NCBI GenBank assembly: GCA_902605525.1
Contig: CACLCV010000004.1
Location: 1-53,711, forward strand
Length of the DNA: 53,711 bases
Reading direction: 5' to 3'
Source: an uncultured Gammaproteobacteria bacterium
Lineage (GTDB): Bacteria; Pseudomonadota; Gammaproteobacteria; GCA-002705445; GCA-002716945
Shown: positions 1-11,334 of the stretch, in pieces
Layout of the letters: each line of letters begins with the position of its first letter
Numbering within the stretch: the first letter of the stretch is position 1
Translations under genes and position numbers: made by a program
The notes under the pieces: generated by a model
Database searches by the model: none
Seen by the model: only the letters and a program-made list of their open reading frames with translations
What the model was told of the DNA's origin: nothing

Positions 1-1014
1 ATAAAAACTATTAATCATGAAAAAGTTGATAGAACGCCTATATGGATTATGCGTCAAGCTGGAAGATACCTTCCAGAATATATTAGAACTAAAAATAAAG
101 CGGGCGGATTTATGGGGTTGATAAGAAATCCTGAACTAGCCTGCGAAGTCACAATGCAACCGCTCGCGAGATATCCATTGGATTCTGCAATTTTATTTTC
201 CGATATTTTAGTTGTTGCAGATATATTTGAAATGAATCTTAGATTTGAAGATAAAGTTGGTCCGATATTTGATAATCCATTAAGAACAGAGTCTGATTTA
301 AGTGCTCTACCAAATGAACTAGATGTATCAAAACTATCTTATGTAAATGAGACAATTAAGAATATTAAAACTGAACTAAAGGATTCACTTCCTCTTATAG
401 GATTTATAGGTAGTCCTTGGACAGTTGCAACATACTTAGTTGAAGGTAATTCAACAAAAAAATTTACCTACATTAAGAGTATGATGACTGCAAATCGAAA
501 TCTTCTTGAAAAAATCTTACAAATGGTTACAAAAGGTAGTATCGATTATGTAAACGAACAAATTAAACACGGCGTAGATGCTCTAATGATTTTTGATACT
601 TGGGGAGGTCTTCTGTCTAAAGACGAGTACTACAATTTTTCTATAAAATATATTGAAAATATCATCTCATCGACAAATTCAAGTCATGTCCCTATAATTT
701 ATTACAGTCGATGTAAGTCTAATTTTGATATGTTAAGAAATATGGGCATAGATTGTGTAGGTATAAGTTCTGAGAACAATCTTGGAGATATATATCAATC
801 ATTAGATAAAAAGATTGCGGTGCAAGGAAATTTTAATCCCGACATACTACGAGAAGACAAGACGCTCATTAAAAAAGAGGTGATCAGAACTCTTGAGAGT
901 TTTCCATATGAATCTGGACATGTCTTTAATTTAGGCTCCGGCATAACGCCTGATATTGATCCGGATAAGGTTTCCTACCTGGTAGAGCAGGTTCATGAAA
1001 TAAGCTCAAAATGA
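1..1014 (+). CDS. hemE: Uroporphyrinogen decarboxylase, 5'-truncated by the window edge
   Basis: Frame is open from base 1 (IKTINHEKVDRTPIWIMRQAGRYLPEY), so the true start lies upstream of the window; URO-D motifs PIWIMRQAGRYLPEY, AILFSDIL, FNLGSGI. Confidence 0.95.
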   Translation: MKTINHEKVDRTPIWIMRQAGRYLPEYIRTKNKAGGFMGLIRNPELACEVTMQPLARYPLDSAILFSDILVVADIFEMNLRFEDKVGPIFDNPLRTESDLSALPNELDVSKLSYVNETIKNIKTELKDSLPLIGFIGSPWTVATYLVEGNSTKKFTYIKSMMTANRNLLEKILQMVTKGSIDYVNEQIKHGVDALMIFDTWGGLLSKDEYYNFSIKYIENIISSTNSSHVPIIYYSRCKSNFDMLRNMGIDCVGISSENNLGDIYQSLDKKIAVQGNFNPDILREDKTLIKKEVIRTLESFPYESGHVFNLGSGITPDIDPDKVSYLVEQVHEISSK

Positions 1015-1520
1015 ATAATAAAATTTACATGATAGGTTCAATGGGCTCAGGCAAATCAAGTATAGGTCGTCTGTTAGCCAAAAAACTTCATTTGCCTCAT
1101 TATGACTTAGATAAAACAATTGAGCATAATGAAGGCATGTCAGTAACAGATATTTTCAAAAAATATAATGAGGAATATTTTAGAGATAAAGAATCCGTAA
1201 CTTTAGAAAAATACTCTACATTCAAAGAATTCGTAATTTCAACTGGCGGTGGAGCAATCTTAAGAGATAAAAATCAAAAAATATTCACTAATGGTTGTGT
1301 CATATACCTAAAAATATCATTGGATGCTCAATATGAAAGAATTAAAAATAGATCTCATAGACCCTTACTAGAAAATAAAGATATAAAAGCAACCTTAGAA
1401 AACCTTGATAAAACAAGAAATGTTATTTATGAAAAAGCGTCTGATATTGTAGTCGACGTTTCATATTTAAGTAAAGAAGATGTAATATCTAGTATTATTG
1501 ATAAGTTGAAAATGAATTAA
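1011..1520 (+). CDS. aroK: Shikimate kinase
   Basis: Walker A GSMGSGKS, STGGG, RPLL lid; ATGA overlap with hemE; directly precedes aroB. Confidence 0.95.
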   Translation: MNNKIYMIGSMGSGKSSIGRLLAKKLHLPHYDLDKTIEHNEGMSVTDIFKKYNEEYFRDKESVTLEKYSTFKEFVISTGGGAILRDKNQKIFTNGCVIYLKISLDAQYERIKNRSHRPLLENKDIKATLENLDKTRNVIYEKASDIVVDVSYLSKEDVISSIIDKLKMN

Positions 1521-2597
1521 ATGAAAAAAATAAATCTAAAGACATCAAATACAAATGTGCCGATATATGTCGGGGATGGTATTTTAAATAATTTTGAAAT
1601 CTCAAAATATGTTTTCAATAAAGATGTGTTAATAATAACTAATACAAAGGTTGGTAAGCTGTATTTGAATAAAACGAAGAGACTCTTCAAAGAATATAAA
1701 GTTAATTCGCTTGTATTACCAGATGGTGAAAAGTACAAAGACAATGAAACATTAAAAAAAATATATGACTTCCTTGTAAAAAATCACTATGACAGATCAC
1801 TAACTATTGTTGCATTAGGTGGGGGTGTTATTGGTGATTTGGTAGCATTTGCTGCAGATACGTTTATGAGAGGAGTTTCATTGATACATATTCCTACAAC
1901 ATTGTTATCTCAAGTAGACTCATCAATTGGAGGTAAATGTGGGATAAATCATAAATTAGGTAAAAACCTAATCGGATCATTTAAGCATCCAAATTTAGTT
2001 TTAATAGATACTTCTGTCTTGAAATCTTTACCAAAGAGAGAATTCCTGGCAGGTATGGCAGAAGTTATAAAGTATGGCTTAATTAAAAATAAAACTTTCT
2101 TTAACTTCTTAAATAATAATTATAAAAAAATATATAGACTAGATGAAGATTATATTATTAAAGTGGTTACAACTTGTGCCTCTACAAAAGTTAAAATAGT
2201 AAAAGATGATGAACTTGAAGGTGGTATAAGAGCATTATTAAATTTTGGTCATACTTTTGGACATGCTATCGAAGCATCTAAAAATTATAAAGGGATTCTT
2301 CATGGAGAGGCAGTTAGTATAGGCATGAATATTGCTTCAGCAATATCTGCAGATCAAGAGTTGATATCTCATGAAGATTATTGTGAAATAGAAGATATGA
2401 TTCTAAGATTAGGTTTGCCCACACAAATACCTAAAAAAATTACCTCAGTATCGATAATGAAACATCTTGGACATGATAAAAAGAGAGTGTCTGGTAAAAA
2501 TAGATTCGTTCTTTTGAATAATATAGGTAGTGCTTTTATATCGGATCAACTTGAAAATAAATATCTAAAAGATTTATCTAAAAACTTCATCAGTTAA
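1521..2597 (+). CDS. aroB: 3-dehydroquinate synthase
   Basis: GGGVIGD, PTTLLSQVDSSIGGK, LLNFGHTFGHAIE, HGEAV motifs. Confidence 0.97.
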   Translation: MKKINLKTSNTNVPIYVGDGILNNFEISKYVFNKDVLIITNTKVGKLYLNKTKRLFKEYKVNSLVLPDGEKYKDNETLKKIYDFLVKNHYDRSLTIVALGGGVIGDLVAFAADTFMRGVSLIHIPTTLLSQVDSSIGGKCGINHKLGKNLIGSFKHPNLVLIDTSVLKSLPKREFLAGMAEVIKYGLIKNKTFFNFLNNNYKKIYRLDEDYIIKVVTTCASTKVKIVKDDELEGGIRALLNFGHTFGHAIEASKNYKGILHGEAVSIGMNIASAISADQELISHEDYCEIEDMILRLGLPTQIPKKITSVSIMKHLGHDKKRVSGKNRFVLLNNIGSAFISDQLENKYLKDLSKNFIS

Positions 2598-2633
2598 TTC
2601 TAAAATTAATATTTATGGTAATATGTTATTACT

Positions 2634-5600
2634 ATGACGATAGGACATAAATTAAAAAACTCGCTGTATTCTCCTACTTTTGAAAGGGATAATTGTGGTT
2701 TTGGTTTAATTGCTAACATGGATGATAACCCGTCCAACTGGGTAATCGATACAAGCATAGAAGCTCTCAATAGATTAAAACATAGAGGTGCAGTATCAGA
2801 TGATGGTAAGTCTAGCGATGGGTGTGGTCTATTAATAAAAAAACCTGATGAATTTTTCCATCACTGTGCACAAGAAATGGGCATTGACCTTGTTGATAAT
2901 TATGCATTTGGAACAATTTTTTTACCTAAAAATAAATCTAAGCACAAAAAAATTAAAGAGACTTTTTTCTTTCAAATAAAAAAATTAGGAATGGAAGTCC
3001 TTGGCTGGAGGAGTGTTCCCATAAATAAAAAAGTGTGTGGTAAAGATGCCCTAGCCTCACTTCCCGATATTCAACAAATAATAATATCTGCATCAGAAGA
3101 TCTACATGAGAATGAGTTTGAGAAGAAATTGTATATCGCTAGACTTCAGGTCGAAAAAATTCTTAATGAGCCTGATCTATATATATGTAGTATGTCCTCG
3201 AAAGTAATCTCATATAAAGGATTAATAGTTTCGGAAAATATTCAAAAATTTTATCCAGATCTCGTTCATAAAAAAATGAAAACATCTTTATGTGTATTCC
3301 ATCAAAGATTTTCAACAAACACTTTACCACAGTGGAAGTTAGCTCAACCATTTAGACATTTAGCGCATAATGGAGAAATTAATACTATACAAGGTAATAG
3401 ACATTGGTATATGGCAAGAAGAAATAAACTTGATATTGCAGACTTACCTGAACTTAAGGACATGCACCCGATTGTTTCTATGAGTGATTCTGATTCTTAC
3501 TCTTTAGATAATATGCTTGAGTATTTATTGGCAGGTGATATGGGTATATTTAGAGCTATGCGTACTCTCTTACCTCCAGCTTGGCAAAACAATAATCAGA
3601 TTGATAAAAAACTTAAAGCTTGCTTTGAATATCACTCAATGCATATGGAGCCCTGGGATGGACCAGCGGGTATTGTACTTACAGATGGGAGATATGCAGC
3701 CTGCGCACTTGATAGGAACGGTTTAAGACCAGCAAGATATATTATAACAAAAGATAGGCATATAACTCTAGCATCCGAAGTAGGTGTATATGATTATGAT
3801 GACTCAGAAGTTTTACAAAAAGGAAGACTCGCTCCTGGAGATATGCTGGCAGTAGACACATTGAATGGCGAAGTTTTACTTTCTGATGATATTAATAAAA
3901 TATTGAAAGACAGGCATCCGTATGATGAGTGGTTAAATAAAAATTCAACTAATTTAAGTGAATATGATTTAAAAAAAGAAACTCCTATGAAATATGATAA
4001 TGAGAAGCTAATAGCTTATAAGAAGTTCTATGGGGTCTCACTTGAAGAAGAAGTTGATGTAATTCTACCACTAGCTAAACTTGCTGTCGAAGGAACTGGA
4101 TCTATGGGAGACGATACTCCTATGCCTGTATTATCAAAGCAATCACGATCTCTTTATGATTATTTCAGACAGCAATTTGCACAAGTAACCAATCCACCAA
4201 TTGATTCCCTAAGGGAGACAAGCGTAATGTCTCTTGAGACTTGTCTTGGAGTTGAGAGAAATTTATTTGATGAATCATCTCTTCATGCAGGAAGACTTAT
4301 TTTAGATTCTCCAGTGTTGTCTAACCAGGTATTTAAAAAATTAATTACTTATAAGAAAAAAGGGTTTTCAAACGACACCCTAAGCCTACACTATGACAAA
4401 AACATTGACCTTGAAGAAGCTATTAATACAATTTGTGACCGAGCTGTTCGTAGTGTGAAGAAGGGAAATGTTCTTATAATATTATCTGATCAAGATCTTA
4501 ATATGGATCAACTTACAATACCTGCAGCAATGGCTGTCGGTGCTGTTCATCATAGACTTATTAACGAGGGAGTGAGATGTGATTGCAATATCATCGTTGA
4601 GACAGCATCTACATGGAATTCACATCACTTTGCAGTCTTATTGGGTTATGGTGCATCTGCAGTATACCCTTACCTCGCATTCAATATTATAAATGACTTA
4701 ATTATAAGGAATAGTTTTGACAGAAAATCTTATGCCTCTCATGTACAAAATTTTATAAAAGGTATCAATAAAGGATTATTAAAAATAATGTCTAAGATGG
4801 GAATATCTTGTGTATCAAGTTATAGGGGTGCACAACTGTTTGAGACAATAGGAATTGATTCTGATGTTATTAATCTTTGTTTTAAAAATAATACATCAAG
4901 AATTGAGGGTGCAAGCTTTAAAGACATTGAAAATGATTTGAGAAAAAATAAGGAATATTCTCTAAAGAAATCTGAGGGTATCACTAAAGGTGGACTTCTC
5001 AAATTCACAGCTGGAGGTGAATATCATGATTACAACCCGGATGTCGTTAGAACATTACAAGCCTGTGTAACTAGTGGTGAATATGAGGATTATAAAAAGT
5101 TTTCTTCTTTAGTCAACTCCAGAGATCCAAGTTTTCTTAGAGATTTATTTATTTTAAAAAATAAGGATTCTATACCTATAGAACAAGTTGAATCATCTAA
5201 AAGTATACTAAAAAGGTTTGATACTGCTGGAATGTCACTTGGAGCTTTATCTCCAGAGGCTCATGAAGCTCTTGCTATTGCAATGAATGCCATTGGTGGT
5301 CGATCAAATTCGGGTGAAGGTGGTGAAGATATTAAAAGATATAACTCCCCTAAAACATCTAAGATTAAACAGGTGGCTTCAGGCAGATTTGGAGTTACAC
5401 CACACTATTTAGTAAATGCTGATGTTATTCAAATAAAAATAGCGCAAGGCGCTAAACCAGGTGAAGGTGGTCAACTTCCAGGTGATAAAGTAGATCAGTA
5501 CATAGCTAAACTTAGATATTCTGTACCGGGTGTGACTTTAATTTCACCACCACCACATCATGATATATACAGTATTGAAGACTTAGCTCAACTTATATAT

Positions 5601-7085
5601 GACCTAAAGCAAGTAAACAATAAAGCTTTGGTATCGGTGAAATTAGTGTCGCAAAAAGGAGTTGGAACTATAGCTGCAGGAGTAACTAAAGCATATGCGG
5701 ATTTAATTACTATATCTGGATATGACGGCGGGACTGGTGCAAGTCCATTAACATCAGTGAAGTATGCTGGTGCTCCATGGGAAATGGGTATTGTAGAAAC
5801 ACAACAGACGCTGATGCTCAATAAACTGAGACATAAAGTACGAATACAAACTGATGGAGGACTTAAAACAGGTTTAGATGTCATAAAGGCAGCAATTTTT
5901 GGAGCTGAGAGTTATGGTTTTGGTACTTCCGTGATGGTTGCATTAGGTTGTAAATATCTTCGTATATGCCACCTTAATAACTGTGCCACAGGTGTTGCGA
6001 CTCAAAATAAAATACTGAGAATGAAACATTTCTCAGGTAGTCCTGAAAGAGTCATAAATTACTTTAAATTTATTGCCCAAGATGTAAGAGAAATTTTGGC
6101 GTCAATCGGAGTTAAATCAATTGATGAACTTATAGGACAAACTCAATACTTATCAATAAGTAAAGGAATCACACAAAAACAAAAATCTTTGAGTCTCAGA
6201 AAAATGTTAACAGTGTCAGATAAGAATTCTCCAAAGTATTGTGAGGTAAGGTCTAATAAGCCTTTCGATAAAGGAATATTAGCAAATAAAATACTTAGGG
6301 ATTCAAAAAATGCTATATCGGAGCGTAAAAGTATAAGTCTAAATTATAATATCAAGAATCTTGATCGCTCAATCGGCGCAAGCTTATCTGGTGCGATAGC
6401 TAAATTATATGGAAACCATGGATTTTCAAAAACGCCAATTAAATTAAACTTTTTTGGGACAGCAGGTCAAAGTTTAGGTGTATGGAATGCAGGGGGTGTA
6501 GAAATATATCTGACAGGTGATGCTAATGATTATGTTGGAAAAGGAATGTCTGGTGGAAAAATTATAATTAAAGCATCATCAGATTTTAAAAATATAGCTG
6601 ACAAGAATAGCATTATTGGAAATACATGCCTGTATGGAGCCACAGGTGGTAAAATGTTTGCTGAAGGAAAAGCAGGGGAACGATTTGCTGTAAGAAATTC
6701 AGGAGCAACGGCTGTCGTTGAAGGTGCAGGTGATCATTGCTGTGAATACATGACTGGTGGTTGTTCGTTAATTTTAGGGGAAGTAGGCAACAATTTTGGT
6801 GCTGGAATGACAGGCGGCATAGCTTTTGTGTATGATAAGAATAATGCTCTTACAAAGAATCTTAATGCTAGCTCTGTTGAACATATTGATTTATCAACTA
6901 TAGATAAAACAACATTAAAATACTTCAAAGAGCTTGTTAGAGACTATATTAAAGAAACAGGAAGTAAAAAGGCTAAAGCAATAATGAAAAATATTAATAT
7001 TGAACTTAAATACTTTAAATTAGTAAAACCAATTAATGCATCAATGGAAGATATAATAAAAAATACTATCAACAAAGTTGCTTAG
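2634..7085 (+). CDS. gltB: Glutamate synthase large subunit
   Basis: N-terminal Ntn Cys (DNCGFG), HQRFSTNT, EPWDGPA, IKIAQGAKPGEGGQLPG, 3Fe-4S motif CKYLRICHLNNC; 1483 aa. Confidence 0.97.
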   Translation: MTIGHKLKNSLYSPTFERDNCGFGLIANMDDNPSNWVIDTSIEALNRLKHRGAVSDDGKSSDGCGLLIKKPDEFFHHCAQEMGIDLVDNYAFGTIFLPKNKSKHKKIKETFFFQIKKLGMEVLGWRSVPINKKVCGKDALASLPDIQQIIISASEDLHENEFEKKLYIARLQVEKILNEPDLYICSMSSKVISYKGLIVSENIQKFYPDLVHKKMKTSLCVFHQRFSTNTLPQWKLAQPFRHLAHNGEINTIQGNRHWYMARRNKLDIADLPELKDMHPIVSMSDSDSYSLDNMLEYLLAGDMGIFRAMRTLLPPAWQNNNQIDKKLKACFEYHSMHMEPWDGPAGIVLTDGRYAACALDRNGLRPARYIITKDRHITLASEVGVYDYDDSEVLQKGRLAPGDMLAVDTLNGEVLLSDDINKILKDRHPYDEWLNKNSTNLSEYDLKKETPMKYDNEKLIAYKKFYGVSLEEEVDVILPLAKLAVEGTGSMGDDTPMPVLSKQSRSLYDYFRQQFAQVTNPPIDSLRETSVMSLETCLGVERNLFDESSLHAGRLILDSPVLSNQVFKKLITYKKKGFSNDTLSLHYDKNIDLEEAINTICDRAVRSVKKGNVLIILSDQDLNMDQLTIPAAMAVGAVHHRLINEGVRCDCNIIVETASTWNSHHFAVLLGYGASAVYPYLAFNIINDLIIRNSFDRKSYASHVQNFIKGINKGLLKIMSKMGISCVSSYRGAQLFETIGIDSDVINLCFKNNTSRIEGASFKDIENDLRKNKEYSLKKSEGITKGGLLKFTAGGEYHDYNPDVVRTLQACVTSGEYEDYKKFSSLVNSRDPSFLRDLFILKNKDSIPIEQVESSKSILKRFDTAGMSLGALSPEAHEALAIAMNAIGGRSNSGEGGEDIKRYNSPKTSKIKQVASGRFGVTPHYLVNADVIQIKIAQGAKPGEGGQLPGDKVDQYIAKLRYSVPGVTLISPPPHHDIYSIEDLAQLIYDLKQVNNKALVSVKLVSQKGVGTIAAGVTKAYADLITISGYDGGTGASPLTSVKYAGAPWEMGIVETQQTLMLNKLRHKVRIQTDGGLKTGLDVIKAAIFGAESYGFGTSVMVALGCKYLRICHLNNCATGVATQNKILRMKHFSGSPERVINYFKFIAQDVREILASIGVKSIDELIGQTQYLSISKGITQKQKSLSLRKMLTVSDKNSPKYCEVRSNKPFDKGILANKILRDSKNAISERKSISLNYNIKNLDRSIGASLSGAIAKLYGNHGFSKTPIKLNFFGTAGQSLGVWNAGGVEIYLTGDANDYVGKGMSGGKIIIKASSDFKNIADKNSIIGNTCLYGATGGKMFAEGKAGERFAVRNSGATAVVEGAGDHCCEYMTGGCSLILGEVGNNFGAGMTGGIAFVYDKNNALTKNLNASSVEHIDLSTIDKTTLKYFKELVRDYIKETGSKKAKAIMKNINIELKYFKLVKPINASMEDIIKNTINKVA

Positions 7086-7087
7086 AA

Positions 7088-8770
7088 ATGGCAAACATTG
7101 ATAGAGCGTTTATTGATCAAGTTTTAGCTTCTACAGACATAGTTGAGCTCATAAAAGAGAAAGTGGCTCTCTCAAAAAATGGAACAAACTATAAGGGTCT
7201 CTGTCCATTTCATAATGAAAAAACTCCATCTTTTAACGTATCGTCTAATAAACAGTTTTACCATTGCTTTGGTTGTGGAGCATCTGGTGACGCTATAAAA
7301 TTTTTAACTGAACATGATCATTTAACATTTATCGAAGCTCTAAGTAAACTAGCACAAGCTGCAAATATTGAAATGCCTGATAGTACAAAGAAAAATGACA
7401 TGACATATAACCTTTTCATATCAAATAAAAAAGCAGCAGATTTTTATAATAAAACTTTAAACTCTAGTAATAATGCAAATGCATATTTATCAAAGCGTGA
7501 TATTAATCAAACCATGATTGAGACTTTTCAGATCGGCTTAGCTAATGATAGCTGGGATGATCTGACAAAGATATTTACAAAAGAAAAAATAACAGAAAAT
7601 GCGCTCGAGGCAGGCCTCTTAATTAAAAGTAACAGTAAAATATATGATAGGTTCAGAAATAGAATCATGTTTCCTATTAGGAACTCTACTGGGAATATTA
7701 TTGGATTTGGCGGAAGAATATTTAACCAACAAGATGGTGCAAAATATCTAAACTCCCCTGAAACTAAATTGTTTCATAAAAGCTATGAGCTATATGGCTT
7801 GTATGAAAGTAAGAAGAGTATCAGTCAAGAGGATAAGGTTTTAATTGTTGAAGGATATACAGATGTAATCGGATTACATAACTGTGGTATTAAAAATTGT
7901 GTTGCCACTTTAGGTACTGCATTCACAAAATTCCACTTTAAAAAACTTATAAGATATACAAATAATATAATCTTTTGTTTTGATGGCGATGTTGCAGGTA
8001 AATCTGCAGCATGGAAAGCAATAAATAATTGTCTGCCAGAATTAAAAGATGGGGTGCAATTAAGTCTTATTTTCCTTCCGGAAGATACAGATCCAGATGC
8101 TTTCGTGAAAGAAGACAAAGATGAGTTTTTAAATTTGATAAACAATGCAATGCCTTTATCACAATTCATTATTCAATCTTTAAAATCAAAGTTAGATATA
8201 GATTCTGTAGAGGGTCGTACTACATTCCTAATAAATGCTAAAAAAATAATCGACCAGATGCCTGATATTACATACACCACAATTTTAAAGAAAGAATTTG
8301 AAAATATCGGCGGTAATATTATAAAAAAAAATATTGCCCCAAAAGTAGAATCAGTAAATGCCGAAATTAGTATCCAAAAAGATCACTTCGATATCAAAGA
8401 ACTCACGTTAATCAACATACTATTGGAGTACCCTAACCTCCTTAAAGATAGGACTTATGCCAAATATATAAGTAATAGTGTGCTAAAAGATATTTATGAG
8501 TCTGCATTGAAAGAGAAAAAAATGAATCAAAATTTTAAGGCTGCTCACATAATCAATCGATATACTGACGATCATATTATCCATAAAATAATGACCATGG
8601 AATCAAATGAAAAATCTGAAGATTCAGCAAGATTAACAATCAATGAAATAGCTTCTCAACTTGAAAAGAATTCAAATGAAGATATATATTTTGACCTATT
8701 AAATCGCTATTCAGATGGTGAAAAATTATCTGATGATGAAAGACAATTCATCAAAAACTTCAAAAAATAA
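7088..8770 (+). CDS. dnaG: DNA primase
   Basis: Zn finger CPFHNEKTPSF...CFGC, DRFRNRIMFPI, KYLNSPET, TOPRIM VEGYTD and FDGDVAG. Confidence 0.96.
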   Translation: MANIDRAFIDQVLASTDIVELIKEKVALSKNGTNYKGLCPFHNEKTPSFNVSSNKQFYHCFGCGASGDAIKFLTEHDHLTFIEALSKLAQAANIEMPDSTKKNDMTYNLFISNKKAADFYNKTLNSSNNANAYLSKRDINQTMIETFQIGLANDSWDDLTKIFTKEKITENALEAGLLIKSNSKIYDRFRNRIMFPIRNSTGNIIGFGGRIFNQQDGAKYLNSPETKLFHKSYELYGLYESKKSISQEDKVLIVEGYTDVIGLHNCGIKNCVATLGTAFTKFHFKKLIRYTNNIIFCFDGDVAGKSAAWKAINNCLPELKDGVQLSLIFLPEDTDPDAFVKEDKDEFLNLINNAMPLSQFIIQSLKSKLDIDSVEGRTTFLINAKKIIDQMPDITYTTILKKEFENIGGNIIKKNIAPKVESVNAEISIQKDHFDIKELTLINILLEYPNLLKDRTYAKYISNSVLKDIYESALKEKKMNQNFKAAHIINRYTDDHIIHKIMTMESNEKSEDSARLTINEIASQLEKNSNEDIYFDLLNRYSDGEKLSDDERQFIKNFKK

Positions 8771-8829
8771 TACACGTACTTCAAAATAATACTCTTTATT
8801 ATAAGGTAATAGTCGTATAGACTGCTCTG

Positions 8830-9990
8830 ATGTATTATTTTACATCTGAAAGTGTATCCCCTGGTCATCCTGATAAGTTATGTGACCACCTCTCTGATAC
8901 CATTCTTGATCATGTTTTAGAACAAGATAAAAACTCTAGAGTAGCTTGTGAAACATTTGTTAAAGGTAAAGAAAATCAGCCTGGAACAGTTGTAGTTGGT
9001 GGCGAAATAACCACGAAAGGGAATCTAAATGTAGATGAGTTGATTAGAAAAACAATTCTAGAGATTGGTTATGATTCGAATGAATTAGGATTTAATGGTA
9101 ATGAGTGTGAAATTATAAAATTATTAACTAAACAATCGCCTGATATACAAATGGGAGTTGACCGAGCCGAACAAAAAAAACAAGGTGCGGGTGATCAAGG
9201 GTTAATGTTTGGTTATGCGTCAGATGAAACTGAGTTTCTAATGCCAGCTCCTATTTATTATTCGCATCGTCTAGTGGAAAAACAAACTGAGCTACTTAGG
9301 TCAAAAAAAGTGTCATGGCTTAGACCTGATGCTAAAAGTCAAGTTACTTTTCAGTATGAAAATGATAAACCAAAATTTATCGACACAGTTGTTCTATCTA
9401 CCCAACACTCCTCAGATATTTCTTTAGAAGATCTTCGAGAATTTGTAAAAAATGAAATTATATTTAAAGTTATACCAAGTTCACTTATTAATAATACAAC
9501 AAGAATTTTTATAAATCCTACAGGAAATTTTGTAGAAGGTGGCCCTTTAGGCGACTCAGGATTAACTGGAAGAAAAATTATCGTTGATACTTATGGAGGG
9601 ATGGCAAGACATGGTGGAGGTGCATTCTCAGGAAAAGACCCATCTAAAGTTGATAGGTCTGCAGCTTATGCTGCTAGATATATAGCAAAAAATATAGTCG
9701 CTGCAAAATTAGCAACAAGATGTGAGATTCAATTATCTTATGCGATTGGAGTAGCTGAACCTACATCAACATTGGTTAATACATTTGGTACTGGTACAAT
9801 TTCTGATGAGAAAATATCCAGTATAATTAGTAATGTTTTTGATTTAACTCCTTATGGAATTATAAATTCATTAGATTTATTAAACGTTAAATACAAACCA
9901 ACTGCTGGATTTGGGCATTTTGGAAGAAATGATAAGAATTTTACTTGGGAACAAACAGATAAGATTGATATACTACAATCTGCAATTTAA
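8830..9990 (+). CDS. metK: S-adenosylmethionine synthetase
   Basis: [42 protein letters not shown]. Confidence 0.98.
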   Translation: MYYFTSESVSPGHPDKLCDHLSDTILDHVLEQDKNSRVACETFVKGKENQPGTVVVGGEITTKGNLNVDELIRKTILEIGYDSNELGFNGNECEIIKLLTKQSPDIQMGVDRAEQKKQGAGDQGLMFGYASDETEFLMPAPIYYSHRLVEKQTELLRSKKVSWLRPDAKSQVTFQYENDKPKFIDTVVLSTQHSSDISLEDLREFVKNEIIFKVIPSSLINNTTRIFINPTGNFVEGGPLGDSGLTGRKIIVDTYGGMARHGGGAFSGKDPSKVDRSAAYAARYIAKNIVAAKLATRCEIQLSYAIGVAEPTSTLVNTFGTGTISDEKISSIISNVFDLTPYGIINSLDLLNVKYKPTAGFGHFGRNDKNFTWEQTDKIDILQSAI

Positions 9991-10004
9991 ATACGAGGTT
10001 AATT

Positions 10005-11318
10005 ATGGAATTAGATAAAGTTAAGAGAATTAAGGACGACTACAAAGTTGCTGACATGAGTCAAGCAAGTTTTGGACACAAAGAAATTAGAATTGCAGAG
10101 ACAGAAATGCCTGGATTAATGGCGCTTAGAAAAGAATATGGTTCATCCAAACCTCTCAATGGTACTAGAATAATTGGTTGTCTTCATATGACAATTCAAA
10201 CTGCGGTATTAATAGAAACATTAGTTGAATTAGGGGCTGAAGTTAGATGGTCATCATGCAATATATTTTCAACTCAGGATCATGCGGCAGCGGCTATTGC
10301 TGATCAAAATATTCCTGTATTTGCCTGGAAAGGTGAAACTGAAGAGGAGTACATTTGGTGCTTAAAGCAATCGATTGAGGGTAATCCTGAGTGGAAACCA
10401 AATTTGTTGCTGGATGATGGTGGTGACTTAACAAGCATGATTCACAAAGAATATCCACATCTTATCGATGATATTAAAGGTGTCTCAGAAGAAACAACAA
10501 CTGGTGTTCTTCGATTATATGATATGGCGAAAGAAGGATCGCTGATGATGCCAGCAATAAATGTAAATGATTCTGTTACCAAATCAAAATTTGATAACCT
10601 CTATGGTTGTCGTGAGTCACTTGTAGATGGTATAAAAAGAGCAACTGACACAATGATAGCTGGCAAGCACTGTATCGTATGTGGATTTGGTGATGTTGGA
10701 AAAGGCTCAGCTGAGTCATTAAGAGCGCTAGGAGCTAAAGTTATGATTACAGAAATTGATCCAATTTGCGCGCTTCAAGCATGCATGGAAGGTTACGACG
10801 TTGTCAGACTAGAGGATAAGATTGCAGAAATAGATATTTTTTGCACAGCAACTGGAAATTATAATGTAATCAATCATGATCATATGAAGAATATGAAAAG
10901 CGGAGCGATAGTTTGCAATATTGGACATTTTGATAATGAGATAGATGTTGCTAGCCTTAAAGATTATGAATGGGATAATATCAAACCACAAGTTGACGAA
11001 ATAACATTTCCTGATGGCAAAAAGATTGTCTTATTAGCTGAAGGGAGGCTTATTAATCTTGGTTGTGCTACAGGTCATCCAAGTTTTGTTATGTCATGTT
11101 CATTCACTAATCAAGTAATGGCTCAAATCGAGCTATGGGAAAATAACTCAAAATACGAAAAACAAGTATATGTTTTGCCTAAGCATCTTGATGAGAAAGT
11201 AGCGTTACTTCATCTTGAGAAACTTGACGCTAAAATTACTAATCTTACTGAGGAACAAGCTGACTACATAGGCGTGAATACTTCAGGACCATTCAAAAAA
11301 GATACTTACAGATATTAA
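10005..11318 (+). CDS. ahcY: Adenosylhomocysteinase
   Basis: [35 protein letters not shown]-terminal [10 protein letters not shown]; GAGG RBS upstream. Confidence 0.98.
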   Translation: MELDKVKRIKDDYKVADMSQASFGHKEIRIAETEMPGLMALRKEYGSSKPLNGTRIIGCLHMTIQTAVLIETLVELGAEVRWSSCNIFSTQDHAAAAIADQNIPVFAWKGETEEEYIWCLKQSIEGNPEWKPNLLLDDGGDLTSMIHKEYPHLIDDIKGVSEETTTGVLRLYDMAKEGSLMMPAINVNDSVTKSKFDNLYGCRESLVDGIKRATDTMIAGKHCIVCGFGDVGKGSAESLRALGAKVMITEIDPICALQACMEGYDVVRLEDKIAEIDIFCTATGNYNVINHDHMKNMKSGAIVCNIGHFDNEIDVASLKDYEWDNIKPQVDEITFPDGKKIVLLAEGRLINLGCATGHPSFVMSCSFTNQVMAQIELWENNSKYEKQVYVLPKHLDEKVALLHLEKLDAKITNLTEEQADYIGVNTSGPFKKDTYRY

Positions 11319-11334
11319 TTAGTTAAGACTAATT

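Noticed and set aside
8771-8829. Possible SAM/SAH riboswitch upstream of metK (small hairpin AGTC-GTATA-GACT)
   Set aside because: Only 59 nt with a 4-bp stem and no SAM-II/V or SAH motif; the stem overlaps a -10 box. The metK-ahcY gap (14 nt) is also too short.
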